64,000 nucleotides of DNA, taken from positions 32,001 through 96,000 of the forward strand of contig JBJKQR010000012.1 of the NCBI GenBank assembly GCA_046735395.1, read 5' to 3'. The stretch comes from Fidelibacterota bacterium (GTDB lineage: Bacteria; Fidelibacterota; Fidelibacteria; Fidelibacterales; DSDE01). Shown here piece after piece: positions 29,761 to 38,770 of this stretch. Within the stretch, counting starts at the first letter, position 1. Every line of letters begins with the position of its first letter. Under the pieces are notes generated by a model, which was given only the letters and a program-made list of their open reading frames with translations, was not told where the DNA came from and did no database searches. Position numbers and translations under genes: made by a program.

Positions 29761-29776
29761 AAAACGGAGGACAGAG

Positions 29777-30046
29777 ATGAAAATAAAGCCCCTCGATGAT
29801 CGTATTCTGATCAAAGCTCTGCCGGAAGAAGAAAAGACTGCCGGCGGAATTATCATTCCTGATACTGCAAAAGAAAAACCCCGTGTAGCCGAAGTTGTGG
29901 CCGTCGGGACTGACGAAGATCTGAAAGAGGTTATTTCCGTCGGGATGAAGGTTCTGTTCGGAAAATACTCCGGAGAAGAGATCAAGGTTGATGGTGAAGA
30001 ATATACCTTGCTTCAGCGGAGTGATGTTCTCGCTATCGTAGAGTAA
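29777..30046 (+). CDS. groES: Co-chaperonin GroES
   Basis: IKPLDDRI, EKTAGGIIIPDTAKEKP, FGKYSG, DVLAIVE; RBS GGAGG. Confidence 0.95.
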   Translation: MKIKPLDDRILIKALPEEEKTAGGIIIPDTAKEKPRVAEVVAVGTDEDLKEVISVGMKVLFGKYSGEEIKVDGEEYTLLQRSDVLAIVE

Positions 30047-30058
30047 TTTCTGACTATG

Positions 30059-30092
30059 ACGGGGGTGGCCGGGCTGCCCCCGTTTACTTTTC
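30059..30092 (+). terminator. Intrinsic terminator after groES
   Basis: ACGGGGGTGGC-CGG-GCTGCCCCCGT GC-rich stem (two G-U pairs) followed by TTACTTTT. Confidence 0.65.
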
Positions 30093-30115
30093 CTTAAGTA
30101 TTGCTGGGAGTTCAG

Positions 30116-31471
30116 ATGAGTCAAAGGCTAGTGATTGTAGGTGGCGACGCGGCAGGGATGTCTGCCGCAAGCAAAGCGAAACGCGTCAGTCCTGACGCTG
30201 AAGTCGTTGTGCTTGAAAAAGGCAGATTTATCTCTTATGCTGCCTGCGGTATTCCATACTATATCGGAGGTCTGGTCAGCGATTGGCAGGACCTGCTCAT
30301 CCTGAGCCCGAAGGCGGCGCGCGAAGGGCGAAAAATAGATGTGCGGCTTCATCATCTGGTGGAGTCCTTCGACCCCAAGACCCGGATTGTCCGCGGAAAA
30401 AATCTGGAGGATGGCTCGGCCTTCGAACTGAGTTATGATAAACTCATCCTGGCCACAGGCGCCCGTCCGGTCATACCCAAGATCCAGGGCATGGATCTCC
30501 CGGGTGTTTTCACACTGAGAAACATTGACGACGGCCTCGCGATTCGGAAATATATTGACGAAAACAAACCTGCGACGGCAATCGTCGTCGGGGGCGGCTA
30601 TATCGGCCTGGAAATGCTGGAAGCCTTTCACCGTCAGGGCATCAAACTGACGATTATTGAACGGCTCGACCGGATCATGGTGACGGTTGATGAAGAAATC
30701 GCCCAGCTGGTTGAAGAGGAAATCCGCCGCCATGGCATTGATATTTTATTGCGGACAACGCTGGTCGGTATCCGGAAGGGACGGGAAAATCTGGAAGTCC
30801 TGCTGGCCGGCGGGCCCGGTAAGATGCAGGCGGATATGGTCCTCGTATCTGCCGGTGTTCAGCCGAATTCCGAGCTGGCGAAGGAAGCCGGCGCACGACT
30901 GGGCCGCAGCAATGCGATCCGCATCAATGAAAAGATGGAAACGACCCTGCCGAATGTCTACGCGGCCGGTGACTGCGTGGAACATAAACATATCATCAGC
31001 GGCAGAAATACCTATATCCCGCTGGCACCCGCTGCCAATAAGGGTGGACGGGTCGCAGGCGAAAATGCTGTCGGTGGCGAAGTGGATTTTCCCGGAGTCA
31101 TCGGGACCAGTATCACCAAAGTCTTTGACCTGGAAGTGGCGCGCACCGGACTGTCCTATCGCGACACGTCCGAGACCATTTATTCCAAAGTGAAACAGAT
31201 AACCATCGTGGAGAAGACGAAAGCGCGGTATTTTCCGGGGACGGATAATCTTACCATACGACTGGTCGTGGACAAACGCAGCAACAAGCTTCTGGGTGCC
31301 CAGATTATCGGGAAGGAAGGCGCCGGAAAGCGTATTGATGTCTTTGCCGTAGCCATACAACAAAATATGAAACTTGAAGATATTGCCAATCTGGATCTGG
31401 CTTATGCGCCGCCCTTTTCTCCGGTGTATGATCCCATCCTGATTTCGGCGTATGTGGGATTGCGAAAATGA
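30116..31471 (+). CDS. CoA-disulfide reductase / NADH oxidase family flavoprotein
   Basis: GGDAAGMSAA, single active Cys SYAACGIPY, GGGYIGLE, YAAGDC, DLAYAPPFS. Confidence 0.9.
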   Translation: MSQRLVIVGGDAAGMSAASKAKRVSPDAEVVVLEKGRFISYAACGIPYYIGGLVSDWQDLLILSPKAAREGRKIDVRLHHLVESFDPKTRIVRGKNLEDGSAFELSYDKLILATGARPVIPKIQGMDLPGVFTLRNIDDGLAIRKYIDENKPATAIVVGGGYIGLEMLEAFHRQGIKLTIIERLDRIMVTVDEEIAQLVEEEIRRHGIDILLRTTLVGIRKGRENLEVLLAGGPGKMQADMVLVSAGVQPNSELAKEAGARLGRSNAIRINEKMETTLPNVYAAGDCVEHKHIISGRNTYIPLAPAANKGGRVAGENAVGGEVDFPGVIGTSITKVFDLEVARTGLSYRDTSETIYSKVKQITIVEKTKARYFPGTDNLTIRLVVDKRSNKLLGAQIIGKEGAGKRIDVFAVAIQQNMKLEDIANLDLAYAPPFSPVYDPILISAYVGLRK

Positions 31472-31944
31472 AAAAATATCTCCCGGTGCTCCTGCTTATC
31501 CTGACAGCAGTAACTCTGACGGCCCAGGATCTGAAAAGCGAGCGGCAGATCAATCTGGAAAAACAGCTCATGGCGCCCTGCTGTTACGGCGGCGCGATTT
31601 ATGATCATGAGTCCGGAGTCGCCGACCAGATGAAACGCGATATTGCCATCATGATCAAGGATGGCAAGTCAGATGATGAAATACTGGCTCATTACGAAGC
31701 GGAATACGGGGAAAAAATCCTGGCTACACCCAAGGCGAAAGGGTTTAACCTCGCCGCCTGGTGGGTTCCGGCTGTACTGGGAATCCTGGCCCTCCTTGGC
31801 TATATCCTGTATACGCTGACCATGAAGACCCGAAAGCTCTCCGGTGTAGCAGACGCAGATGTCAGTGCCGACGTTCCGGAGGCATCACTGGATATATCGT
31901 CTATAATCGACAGGGAACTGGATGAATTCAAAAAGAACAATTGA
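31468..31944 (+). CDS. CcmH/CycL-like exported thiol protein (APCC variant)
   Basis: Signal peptide, LMAPCCY, GKSDDEILAHY..EYGEKILATP, C-terminal TM. Confidence 0.7.
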   Translation: MKKYLPVLLLILTAVTLTAQDLKSERQINLEKQLMAPCCYGGAIYDHESGVADQMKRDIAIMIKDGKSDDEILAHYEAEYGEKILATPKAKGFNLAAWWVPAVLGILALLGYILYTLTMKTRKLSGVADADVSADVPEASLDISSIIDRELDEFKKNN

Positions 31945-32137
31945 TGAAAATATACTGATTGAAGAGCTGGTGGAGGAATTTCCTCAGCTCGTCCGGCCGC
32001 TGATGGAATACGGTATTGTCTGCCTCGTCTGCGGTGAACCGGCCTGGGGAACACTCCGGGAACAGGCTGAATCTAAAAATATTACCAATCTACCTGAAAT
32101 TCTCGTGAATCTGAATCACCTGATTCAGACGGAATAA
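31922..32137 (+). CDS. DUF1858-like small redox protein
   Basis: IEELVEEFP...LMEYGIVCLVCG...TLREQA pattern. Confidence 0.7.
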   Translation: MNSKRTIDENILIEELVEEFPQLVRPLMEYGIVCLVCGEPAWGTLREQAESKNITNLPEILVNLNHLIQTE

Positions 32138-32459
32138 AAAACAGACATGTCAGATTCCCATTTTGGTTTGCGGCGGGCGGATTGTGACCGGCTGCCTCGG
32201 GATTTATTCTGTAAAAATTCAGCGCGTATCTATTTACTCAGCTGCAGTACATCTTATATCTACGCGGGGATATTTTCCTTTCTCAATATTGGCAAAAATT
32301 CGTATATTTGCAATAAGGGGAATTATCAATTTTGAGAATAATGAACTCCGAAGCACAATTATTAAAAGAATCACACGGTAAATCAGGGTGTTGCAGCCCT
32401 GTTGTTTTGGCACGCCATTTGAGAAACATTCAGACAGCCAGACAGGGAAGAGGTGCTTT

Positions 32460-33569
32460 GTGAATGTAGGAATTGTGCATGAAACCCGGAATCAGGAACA
32501 TCGTGTTGCCTTGAACCCGGCCGGTGTTGCCCATCTGACGGGGCAGGGTGTGACGGTTTTTGTCCAGAGCGGTGCCGGTGTGGACAGCGGCTGGGCCGAT
32601 CATCAGTATTCGGAGGCCGGGGCATCAATTGTATATTCTCCTGAAGAAATCTGGGGACGGTCTGATGTTCTGATGAAGATCAGTCCTCTCGAACGGGAGG
32701 AAGTGGATCTGATCCGCGATGATCAGACGATTCTCTCCTGGCAGCATCTGATAGTGCGCCATCCCGATGTCATCCGGGCACTGATGGATAAGCGAAGCAC
32801 GGTCATCGGCTACGAAATGATTGAACAGAATTCAGGCCTGCGACCGCTGGTTGCGGGAGTTGCGGAAATCGCCGGATATGTGGCTGTCAGTACGTCTGTA
32901 CACTATCTGCAGAATGAGGAGGGCGGCCGGGCAAAGATCATTGCCGGTGTGGCCGGTGTTCCTCAGGGCAGCATCGTCATTCTGGGAGCGGGCCTTACGG
33001 GCCAGGCTGCGGCTGCAGCCGGGGTGGGGAACGGCGCCTACGTGATCGTTATTGACAAGGATGCGGAAAAACTCCGCAATCTCGAAAAAAGATTCGGCGG
33101 CCGTATCACCACCTACTTTTCCAATGCCGCCAATATTGCCAAGGCGGTGTCCTTTGCGGATGTGGTGATTGCCTGTGCCGCGACACCCGGGGATATTGCA
33201 CCGAAACTGATCAGCGAAGAGATGGTGAAAAGCATGAAGTACCGCGCTATCCTTGCGGACCTGTCCATTGATCAGGGCGGTTGTGCCGAGACCTCTCATC
33301 CCACCAGTCTTGCCAATCCTACATTCATCAAGCATGATGTTGTTCATTACTGTGTTCCGAATATGACGGCAAATGTGTCCCGGACTACAAGTTCGGTCAT
33401 CTCAAACGGCCTGCTGCGCTATCTCGACAATATGATTGAAATGGGCGTGGCCAAGGCTGTAAAAACAAGCGCCTGTCTGCGCAGGGGTACTTTTCTCTAC
33501 CAGGGTTTATGCGTGAGGGAAAGCATCGCCAGGCATTTTGACCTGAAATGGGAAAGCCTGCCGCTATGA
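32460..33569 (+). CDS. ald: Alanine dehydrogenase (divergent)
   Basis: EHRVALNP, QSGAG, GYE, ILGAGLTG, SIDQGGCAETS, HYCVPNM; GTG 32460 after a purine-rich RBS. Confidence 0.82.
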   Translation: MNVGIVHETRNQEHRVALNPAGVAHLTGQGVTVFVQSGAGVDSGWADHQYSEAGASIVYSPEEIWGRSDVLMKISPLEREEVDLIRDDQTILSWQHLIVRHPDVIRALMDKRSTVIGYEMIEQNSGLRPLVAGVAEIAGYVAVSTSVHYLQNEEGGRAKIIAGVAGVPQGSIVILGAGLTGQAAAAAGVGNGAYVIVIDKDAEKLRNLEKRFGGRITTYFSNAANIAKAVSFADVVIACAATPGDIAPKLISEEMVKSMKYRAILADLSIDQGGCAETSHPTSLANPTFIKHDVVHYCVPNMTANVSRTTSSVISNGLLRYLDNMIEMGVAKAVKTSACLRRGTFLYQGLCVRESIARHFDLKWESLPL

Positions 33570-34873
33570 ACAGGGAATTCAGCTGGGCAAAGAAATACCA
33601 GTCCCGGATTGTGACCGTGGACGAAGCGGTTTCCCATATCCAATCCGGAGATACGGTATATATTCACCCCGGGTCGGCGACGCCGGATATCCTCATTGAA
33701 GGGATGGTCGCCCGAGCTCCCCGGCTCGAAGATGTCAAAGTTGTCCAGATACTGTCATTCGGTAATGCACCCTACGCCGCGCCGGGTATGGAAAACCATT
33801 TCCGGGTCCTGTCCCTGTTTACCGGGCCCAATGTGAGGCAGGCGGTGAATGACGGACGGGCTGAGTTCGTTCCCGTTTTTCTCTCCGAGATTCCCACGCT
33901 GTTTTACAATCGTGAGATTGAAATCGATGTAGCGCTCATTCAGGTGACGCCGCCGGATGAACACGGTTTCTGCAGTTTTGGTGTGGGAGTGGATGTGACC
34001 ATGGCCGCATGCCGCAGCGCGAAAACCATTATTGCTCACGTGAATCCCAGGATGCCCCGGGTGCACGGAGATAATTTTATTCATTTCAGCAAGCTCCATT
34101 ATATTGTTGAGGAGGAACGGCCCCTGCAGGAACTTCCGCGTGCCGAACTGTCCGACACCTACATGAATATCGGCCGGAATGTGGCGGAGCTCATTGAAGA
34201 TGAAAGCACGCTGCAGATGGGAATCGGCGGTATTCCGGATGCGGTTCTTACCTTTCTCAAGGATAAACGTGATCTCGGTATTCACACTGAGATGTTCAGT
34301 GACGGGGTTGTGGAACTCTTTGAAGAGGGGATCATCACCAATGAGAAGAAGACGCTGCATCCCGGGAAAATGGTGGCGGGATTTGTATTGGGATCCTCCT
34401 ATCTCTTTGATTTTATTCATAATAATCCTGTGGTGGAATTTCATCCACAGGAATATATAAATGATCCGTTCATCATCGCTCAGAACCGGAAAATGGTGGC
34501 CATCAACAGCGCGCTGGAAGTGGACATTACCGGCCAGATCTGTGCTGACAGCATCGGAACCCGAAATTACAGCGGAATCGGCGGACAGGTGGATTTTTTC
34601 CGCGGTGCGGCGCGCAGCGAAGGCGGAAAACCCATCCTTGCTCTGCCGTCCACAGCCGGAAAGGGAGAGCTGAGCCGCATCGTTCCCATGCTTAAGCCCG
34701 GCGCATCCGTGACAACGAGCAGGGGCGACGTTCATTATGTGGTGACTGAATTCGGCGTTGCCTATCTGCACGGAAAATCACTCAGGGAAAGAGCGCGCAG
34801 ACTCATCGCCATAGCCGATCCCCGTTTTCGGGATGGATTGGAACAGGCCGCCCGGGAACGAAACTTGATTTAA
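33566..34873 (+). CDS. Acetyl-CoA hydrolase/transferase (4-hydroxybutyrate CoA-transferase family)
   Basis: PPDEHGFCSFG, TLQMGIGGIP, LGIHTEMF, SGIGGQVDF, VVTEFGVA; ATGA overlap with ald. Confidence 0.9.
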   Translation: MNREFSWAKKYQSRIVTVDEAVSHIQSGDTVYIHPGSATPDILIEGMVARAPRLEDVKVVQILSFGNAPYAAPGMENHFRVLSLFTGPNVRQAVNDGRAEFVPVFLSEIPTLFYNREIEIDVALIQVTPPDEHGFCSFGVGVDVTMAACRSAKTIIAHVNPRMPRVHGDNFIHFSKLHYIVEEERPLQELPRAELSDTYMNIGRNVAELIEDESTLQMGIGGIPDAVLTFLKDKRDLGIHTEMFSDGVVELFEEGIITNEKKTLHPGKMVAGFVLGSSYLFDFIHNNPVVEFHPQEYINDPFIIAQNRKMVAINSALEVDITGQICADSIGTRNYSGIGGQVDFFRGAARSEGGKPILALPSTAGKGELSRIVPMLKPGASVTTSRGDVHYVVTEFGVAYLHGKSLRERARRLIAIADPRFRDGLEQAARERNLI

Positions 34874-34903
34874 TTCATAGCAAGATAAAACACGAGGAAG
34901 AAT

Positions 34904-35761
34904 GTGAACAAGATACTTAAAGCTGAATTCGTGGGAAACGATGTCAAACTCTTCGAAATCGAGGCTCCGCGGATTGCTGCCAAACGGCAGGCCGGACAAT
35001 TCATCATCCTTCGGGTTCATGAGAACGGGGAACGAATTCCCATCACTCTCGCTGATTCCGATACGGAAAAAGGGTCGATTACCATCATCGTTCAGGGAAT
35101 CGGTGCGACAACAAAAAAATTGCTGCAGAAGGAAGCCGGTGATACGATCCATGATCTGGTCGGACCCCTGGGCAAACCGACTCCCATTCATAAAATCGGG
35201 ACGGTGGTTATTATGAGCGGAGGCGTGGGAACGGCTGAGGCACTGCCCATCGCCCAGGCCCACAAGGAAGCCGGAAATACGGTATACTCCATCATCGGCG
35301 CCAGAAACCACGATCTTGTAATCGTTGAAAAGGAAATGGGAGAACGCTGCTCGCGCGTACTGGTTACGACGGATGACGGGTCCTACGGGAAAAAAGGGCT
35401 TGTGACCCATGCGCTGCAGGACCTGCTGGACGAAGGTGTGAAACCGGATGAAGTCATTGCCATCGGCCCCCTTCCCATGATGAAGGCCGTCGCGGACATG
35501 ACCCGTCCCCTCGCTATTCCCACCACCGTGAGCCTGAACAGTATCATGATCGACGGAACAGGTATGTGCGGAGGCTGCCGCGCCATCGTCGGCGGAAAAA
35601 CGGTTTTCGTCTGCGTGGACGGCCCCGAATTCGATGCCCACGAAGTGGACTTCGATGCTCTGAAGATACGTCAGCGCGCCTATCTGAGCGAGGAGAAAAC
35701 CAGTACTGAAGAATTTGAACACAAATGTCGTCTGGAAGCCGCAGCTGCGGACTTGAAATAA
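34904..35761 (+). CDS. nfnA: NfnA/SudB-like FAD/[2Fe-2S] subunit of electron-bifurcating transhydrogenase
   Basis: AGQFIIL, GERIPIT, GPLG, IMIDGTGMCGGCR, CVDGPEFD. Confidence 0.85.
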   Translation: MNKILKAEFVGNDVKLFEIEAPRIAAKRQAGQFIILRVHENGERIPITLADSDTEKGSITIIVQGIGATTKKLLQKEAGDTIHDLVGPLGKPTPIHKIGTVVIMSGGVGTAEALPIAQAHKEAGNTVYSIIGARNHDLVIVEKEMGERCSRVLVTTDDGSYGKKGLVTHALQDLLDEGVKPDEVIAIGPLPMMKAVADMTRPLAIPTTVSLNSIMIDGTGMCGGCRAIVGGKTVFVCVDGPEFDAHEVDFDALKIRQRAYLSEEKTSTEEFEHKCRLEAAAADLK

Positions 35762-35772
35762 AGAGGAAGACC

Positions 35773-37194
35773 ATGGCAAATGATATGAAAAATAAGGACC
35801 GGATGAAAATTCCCCGGCAACCCATGCCTGAACAGGATCCCAATGTTAGGAATAAAAATTTTCTCGAAGTGAACCTCGGTTATACGAAGGAAATGGCCAT
35901 TGAGGAGGCCCAGCGCTGTCTTCAGTGTAAAAATCCCAGCTGTGTCACCGGCTGTCCTGTGAATATTCAGATTCCTGATTTTATTGACCGCATCGCCGAA
36001 GGGGATTTTGCCGGCGCCGTGGCGAAGATTAAGGAGGATAACAGCCTGCCCGCCGTCTGTGGCCGTGTCTGTCCTCAGGAAGAACAATGTGAAAAGGAAT
36101 GTATCCTGGCCGGACGTTTTGAAGCGGTGGCCATAGGCCGGCTCGAACGATTTGTTGCTGATTATGAGCGGGAGTCCGGAAAAATTCAGGTTCCGGCAGT
36201 GAACGAGTCGAAGGGTAAGAAGGTTGCCATCGTGGGTTCCGGCCCCAGCGGCCTTGCCTGTGCCACCGATCTGGCCATCATGGGCTATGACGTGACGGTG
36301 ATGGAAGCTCTCCATGAATTCGGCGGCGTTCTTGCCTATGGAATCCCGGAATTCAGACTTCCCAAGGGCATCCTCAAGGTTGAAATCGAAAACCTGAAAA
36401 ACCTGGGAGTCAGCTTCGACAACAATTTCATCGTCGGCAGGACGGCTACGGTGGATGATCTCTTTGAAGAAGGATTCGAGGCCGTCTTTGTCGGTGTCGG
36501 CGCCGGTCTTCCCTGGTTTATGGATATCCCCGGTGAAAATCTCAATGGTGTGTATTCCGCCAACGAATTTCTGACCCGGGTAAATCTCATGCACGCCTAT
36601 GAATTCCCGAACTGGGATACGCCGGTGAAAATCGGAAAGAACGTGATGGTCGTAGGCGGTGGAAACACTGCCATGGATGCGGTGCGGACCGCAAAGCGCC
36701 TGGGTGCTGAGCGGGCCATGATCGTGTATCGCCGCTCGGAAGCCGAGATGCCCGCACGCCGCGAGGAAATTCATCACGCGAAGGATGAAGGCATTGAATT
36801 TCTGAACCTGGTCAATCCCATTCGTTATGAAGGGGACGAGAACGGCTGGCTGCGCAAAGCCGTCTGTGTCCGGATGGAACTGGGAGAACCGGATGCCTCC
36901 GGCCGCCGCAGGCCTATCGAGATTCCCGGCAGCGAATTTGAGATCGAAATCGATGAAGTCGTTGTCGCTGTGGGAAACGGAAGCAACCCCATTATCGGCC
37001 AGACCACTCCGGGCCTGGATCTGAACAAACGGGGAAATATCGTAGCCTCGGACGACAGCGCAAAAACTTCGAAAAAGGGCGTGTTTGCCGGTGGTGATAT
37101 CGTGACCGGAGGCGCTACAGTCATTCTTGCGATGGGTGCCGGACGCAAGGCAGCCAAAGCGATTGATGAATATCTGACAAGCGGAGTCTGGTAA
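35773..37194 (+). CDS. nfnB: NfnB/SudA-like (GltD-family) flavo-iron-sulfur subunit
   Basis: EAQRCLQC..P.CVTGCP, CGRVCPQEEQCE, GSGPSGL, YGIPEFRLPK, GGGNTAMD, GGDIVTGGATVILAMG; follows the nfnA-like gene. Confidence 0.85.
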   Translation: MANDMKNKDRMKIPRQPMPEQDPNVRNKNFLEVNLGYTKEMAIEEAQRCLQCKNPSCVTGCPVNIQIPDFIDRIAEGDFAGAVAKIKEDNSLPAVCGRVCPQEEQCEKECILAGRFEAVAIGRLERFVADYERESGKIQVPAVNESKGKKVAIVGSGPSGLACATDLAIMGYDVTVMEALHEFGGVLAYGIPEFRLPKGILKVEIENLKNLGVSFDNNFIVGRTATVDDLFEEGFEAVFVGVGAGLPWFMDIPGENLNGVYSANEFLTRVNLMHAYEFPNWDTPVKIGKNVMVVGGGNTAMDAVRTAKRLGAERAMIVYRRSEAEMPARREEIHHAKDEGIEFLNLVNPIRYEGDENGWLRKAVCVRMELGEPDASGRRRPIEIPGSEFEIEIDEVVVAVGNGSNPIIGQTTPGLDLNKRGNIVASDDSAKTSKKGVFAGGDIVTGGATVILAMGAGRKAAKAIDEYLTSGVW

Positions 37195-37372
37195 ACAGCC
37201 GGTTTTTCGCTTAATTTAAAATAAACAGACGGGGTGCAGCATGATAAACATACACAGAAATTCCGCCATTCCGGGGAAAAGTGCTGTGAGACGGCAACAT
37301 GGTGTTCCCCGCGGTTTCAATTATAAAATACTGAGAATAAACGTGCCGCATCAGTGGCAGTAAGGAGCTTTT

Positions 37373-37708
37373 ATGGCAAAAGCGAACGGACATGTTGTCA
37401 TCAGGGAAGACGAATGCAAGGGCTGTGAGCTCTGCGTCTATGCCTGTCCTTTTGATTTACTCAGCCTGTCATCCGGCCTGAACCGCATGGGTTACCATCC
37501 TGCTTCCTATTCCGGGGAGGAGTGCACAGGGTGCGGTATCTGTTTTTATACCTGTCCCGAACCCGGCGCTCTGACCGTATTCAAGAAATGGGATGAAATT
37601 ACGGAAACCCGGCATTGTGACAAATGCGGAACGGATAGAAAAGTATTTCCGTCATCCCTTGATCCGACAGTCCTGATCTGTTCAACCTGTCTCGAGAAAG
37701 TGGGGTAA
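37373..37708 (+). CDS. 2x[4Fe-4S] ferredoxin subunit of 2-oxoacid:ferredoxin oxidoreductase, with extra C-terminal 4-Cys module
   Basis: [12 protein letters not shown] and [13 protein letters not shown]; additional CDKC...CSTC. Confidence 0.88.
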   Translation: MAKANGHVVIREDECKGCELCVYACPFDLLSLSSGLNRMGYHPASYSGEECTGCGICFYTCPEPGALTVFKKWDEITETRHCDKCGTDRKVFPSSLDPTVLICSTCLEKVG

Positions 37709-37711
37709 ATT

Positions 37712-38770
37712 ATGGCAAAAGTTCTGATAAAAGGCAACGAAGCCGTTGTGAGAGGTGCAATTCTGGCGGGTTGCAGAAATTATTTCGGATATCCCATTAC
37801 TCCGGCCAGTGAAATTGCCGAAACGGCAGCGACCTACTTTCCCCGCGTGGGCGGAACCTTTCTGCAGGCTGAAAGTGAAATCGGTGCCATCAATATGCTC
37901 TACGGCGCGTCCAGCAGCGGTATCCGCTCCATGACAGCGTCCTCATCACCGGGGATCAGCCTGAAGCTGGAAGGCATCTCCTATATGGCCGGCGCTGAAC
38001 TGCCGGGTGTTATTATCGATATCATGCGGGGTGGCCCGGGACTGGGAAACATCGCTCCCGAACAGAGTGATTACAACCAGATCGTCAAGGGGGGAGGACA
38101 CGGAAATTACAAACTCATTGTTCTGGCACCCAATTCGGCACAGGAAATGTGCGATCTGACCATGCTGGCCTTCGAGCTGAGTGACAAGTACCGCAATCCT
38201 GCCGTTGTCCTCGCTGATGGATTCATCGGCCAGATGATGGAACCGGTGGAATTTCCCCGGGCCGTCACAAGCTTTCCTGCAAAGGACTGGGCCGTGAAGG
38301 CGACAGCGGAAAGCCGGGATAATCTGATCACCAGTATTGAACTGGATCCGGACCGGCTGGAAACGCATAACCGCAAGCTGGCTCATAAATACAAGATTAT
38401 CGAGGAAAATGAAGTCCGTGCTGAGGAATACCGAACTGAGGATGCGGAAGTCATTCTGTTCGGGTTCGGAATCGTGAGCCGGCTGCTCCAGACCGCCATC
38501 GACGAACTGCGGCTGGATGGCGTCAAGGTCGGCCTTCTACGTCCCATTACCCTGTTTCCCTTTCCGATCAGGGAAATTGATGCCCTGGCCTCCAGGGATT
38601 CTGTGAAATATTTCCATGTCTTTGAAATGAACAATGGCCAGATGGCCGATGATGTCCGCCTCGTTTCAAATGGGCGGAAACCGGTGCGGTTTTACGGCCG
38701 CTGCGGAGGAAATGTTCATTCCGTCAAGGAAATCAAAGAAGAAATCATGAAAGAATTGAGGGCCTTATGA
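37712..38770 (+). CDS. vorB: 2-oxoacid (2-ketoisovalerate-type):ferredoxin oxidoreductase alpha subunit
   Basis: [47 protein letters not shown]. Confidence 0.88.
   Translation: MAKVLIKGNEAVVRGAILAGCRNYFGYPITPASEIAETAATYFPRVGGTFLQAESEIGAINMLYGASSSGIRSMTASSSPGISLKLEGISYMAGAELPGVIIDIMRGGPGLGNIAPEQSDYNQIVKGGGHGNYKLIVLAPNSAQEMCDLTMLAFELSDKYRNPAVVLADGFIGQMMEPVEFPRAVTSFPAKDWAVKATAESRDNLITSIELDPDRLETHNRKLAHKYKIIEENEVRAEEYRTEDAEVILFGFGIVSRLLQTAIDELRLDGVKVGLLRPITLFPFPIREIDALASRDSVKYFHVFEMNNGQMADDVRLVSNGRKPVRFYGRCGGNVHSVKEIKEEIMKELRAL

Noticed and set aside
29500..32137. Selenocysteine or stop-codon readthrough in the redox genes
   Set aside because: All redox motifs are encoded by Cys codons in uninterrupted frames.
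32147..32381. Small ORFs in the intergenic region before ald
   Set aside because: No clear RBS or recognisable motifs; the region looks regulatory.
35773..37194. Glutamate synthase small subunit gltD
   Set aside because: No gltB nearby; it pairs with an NfnA/SudB-type gene, which favours NfnAB.
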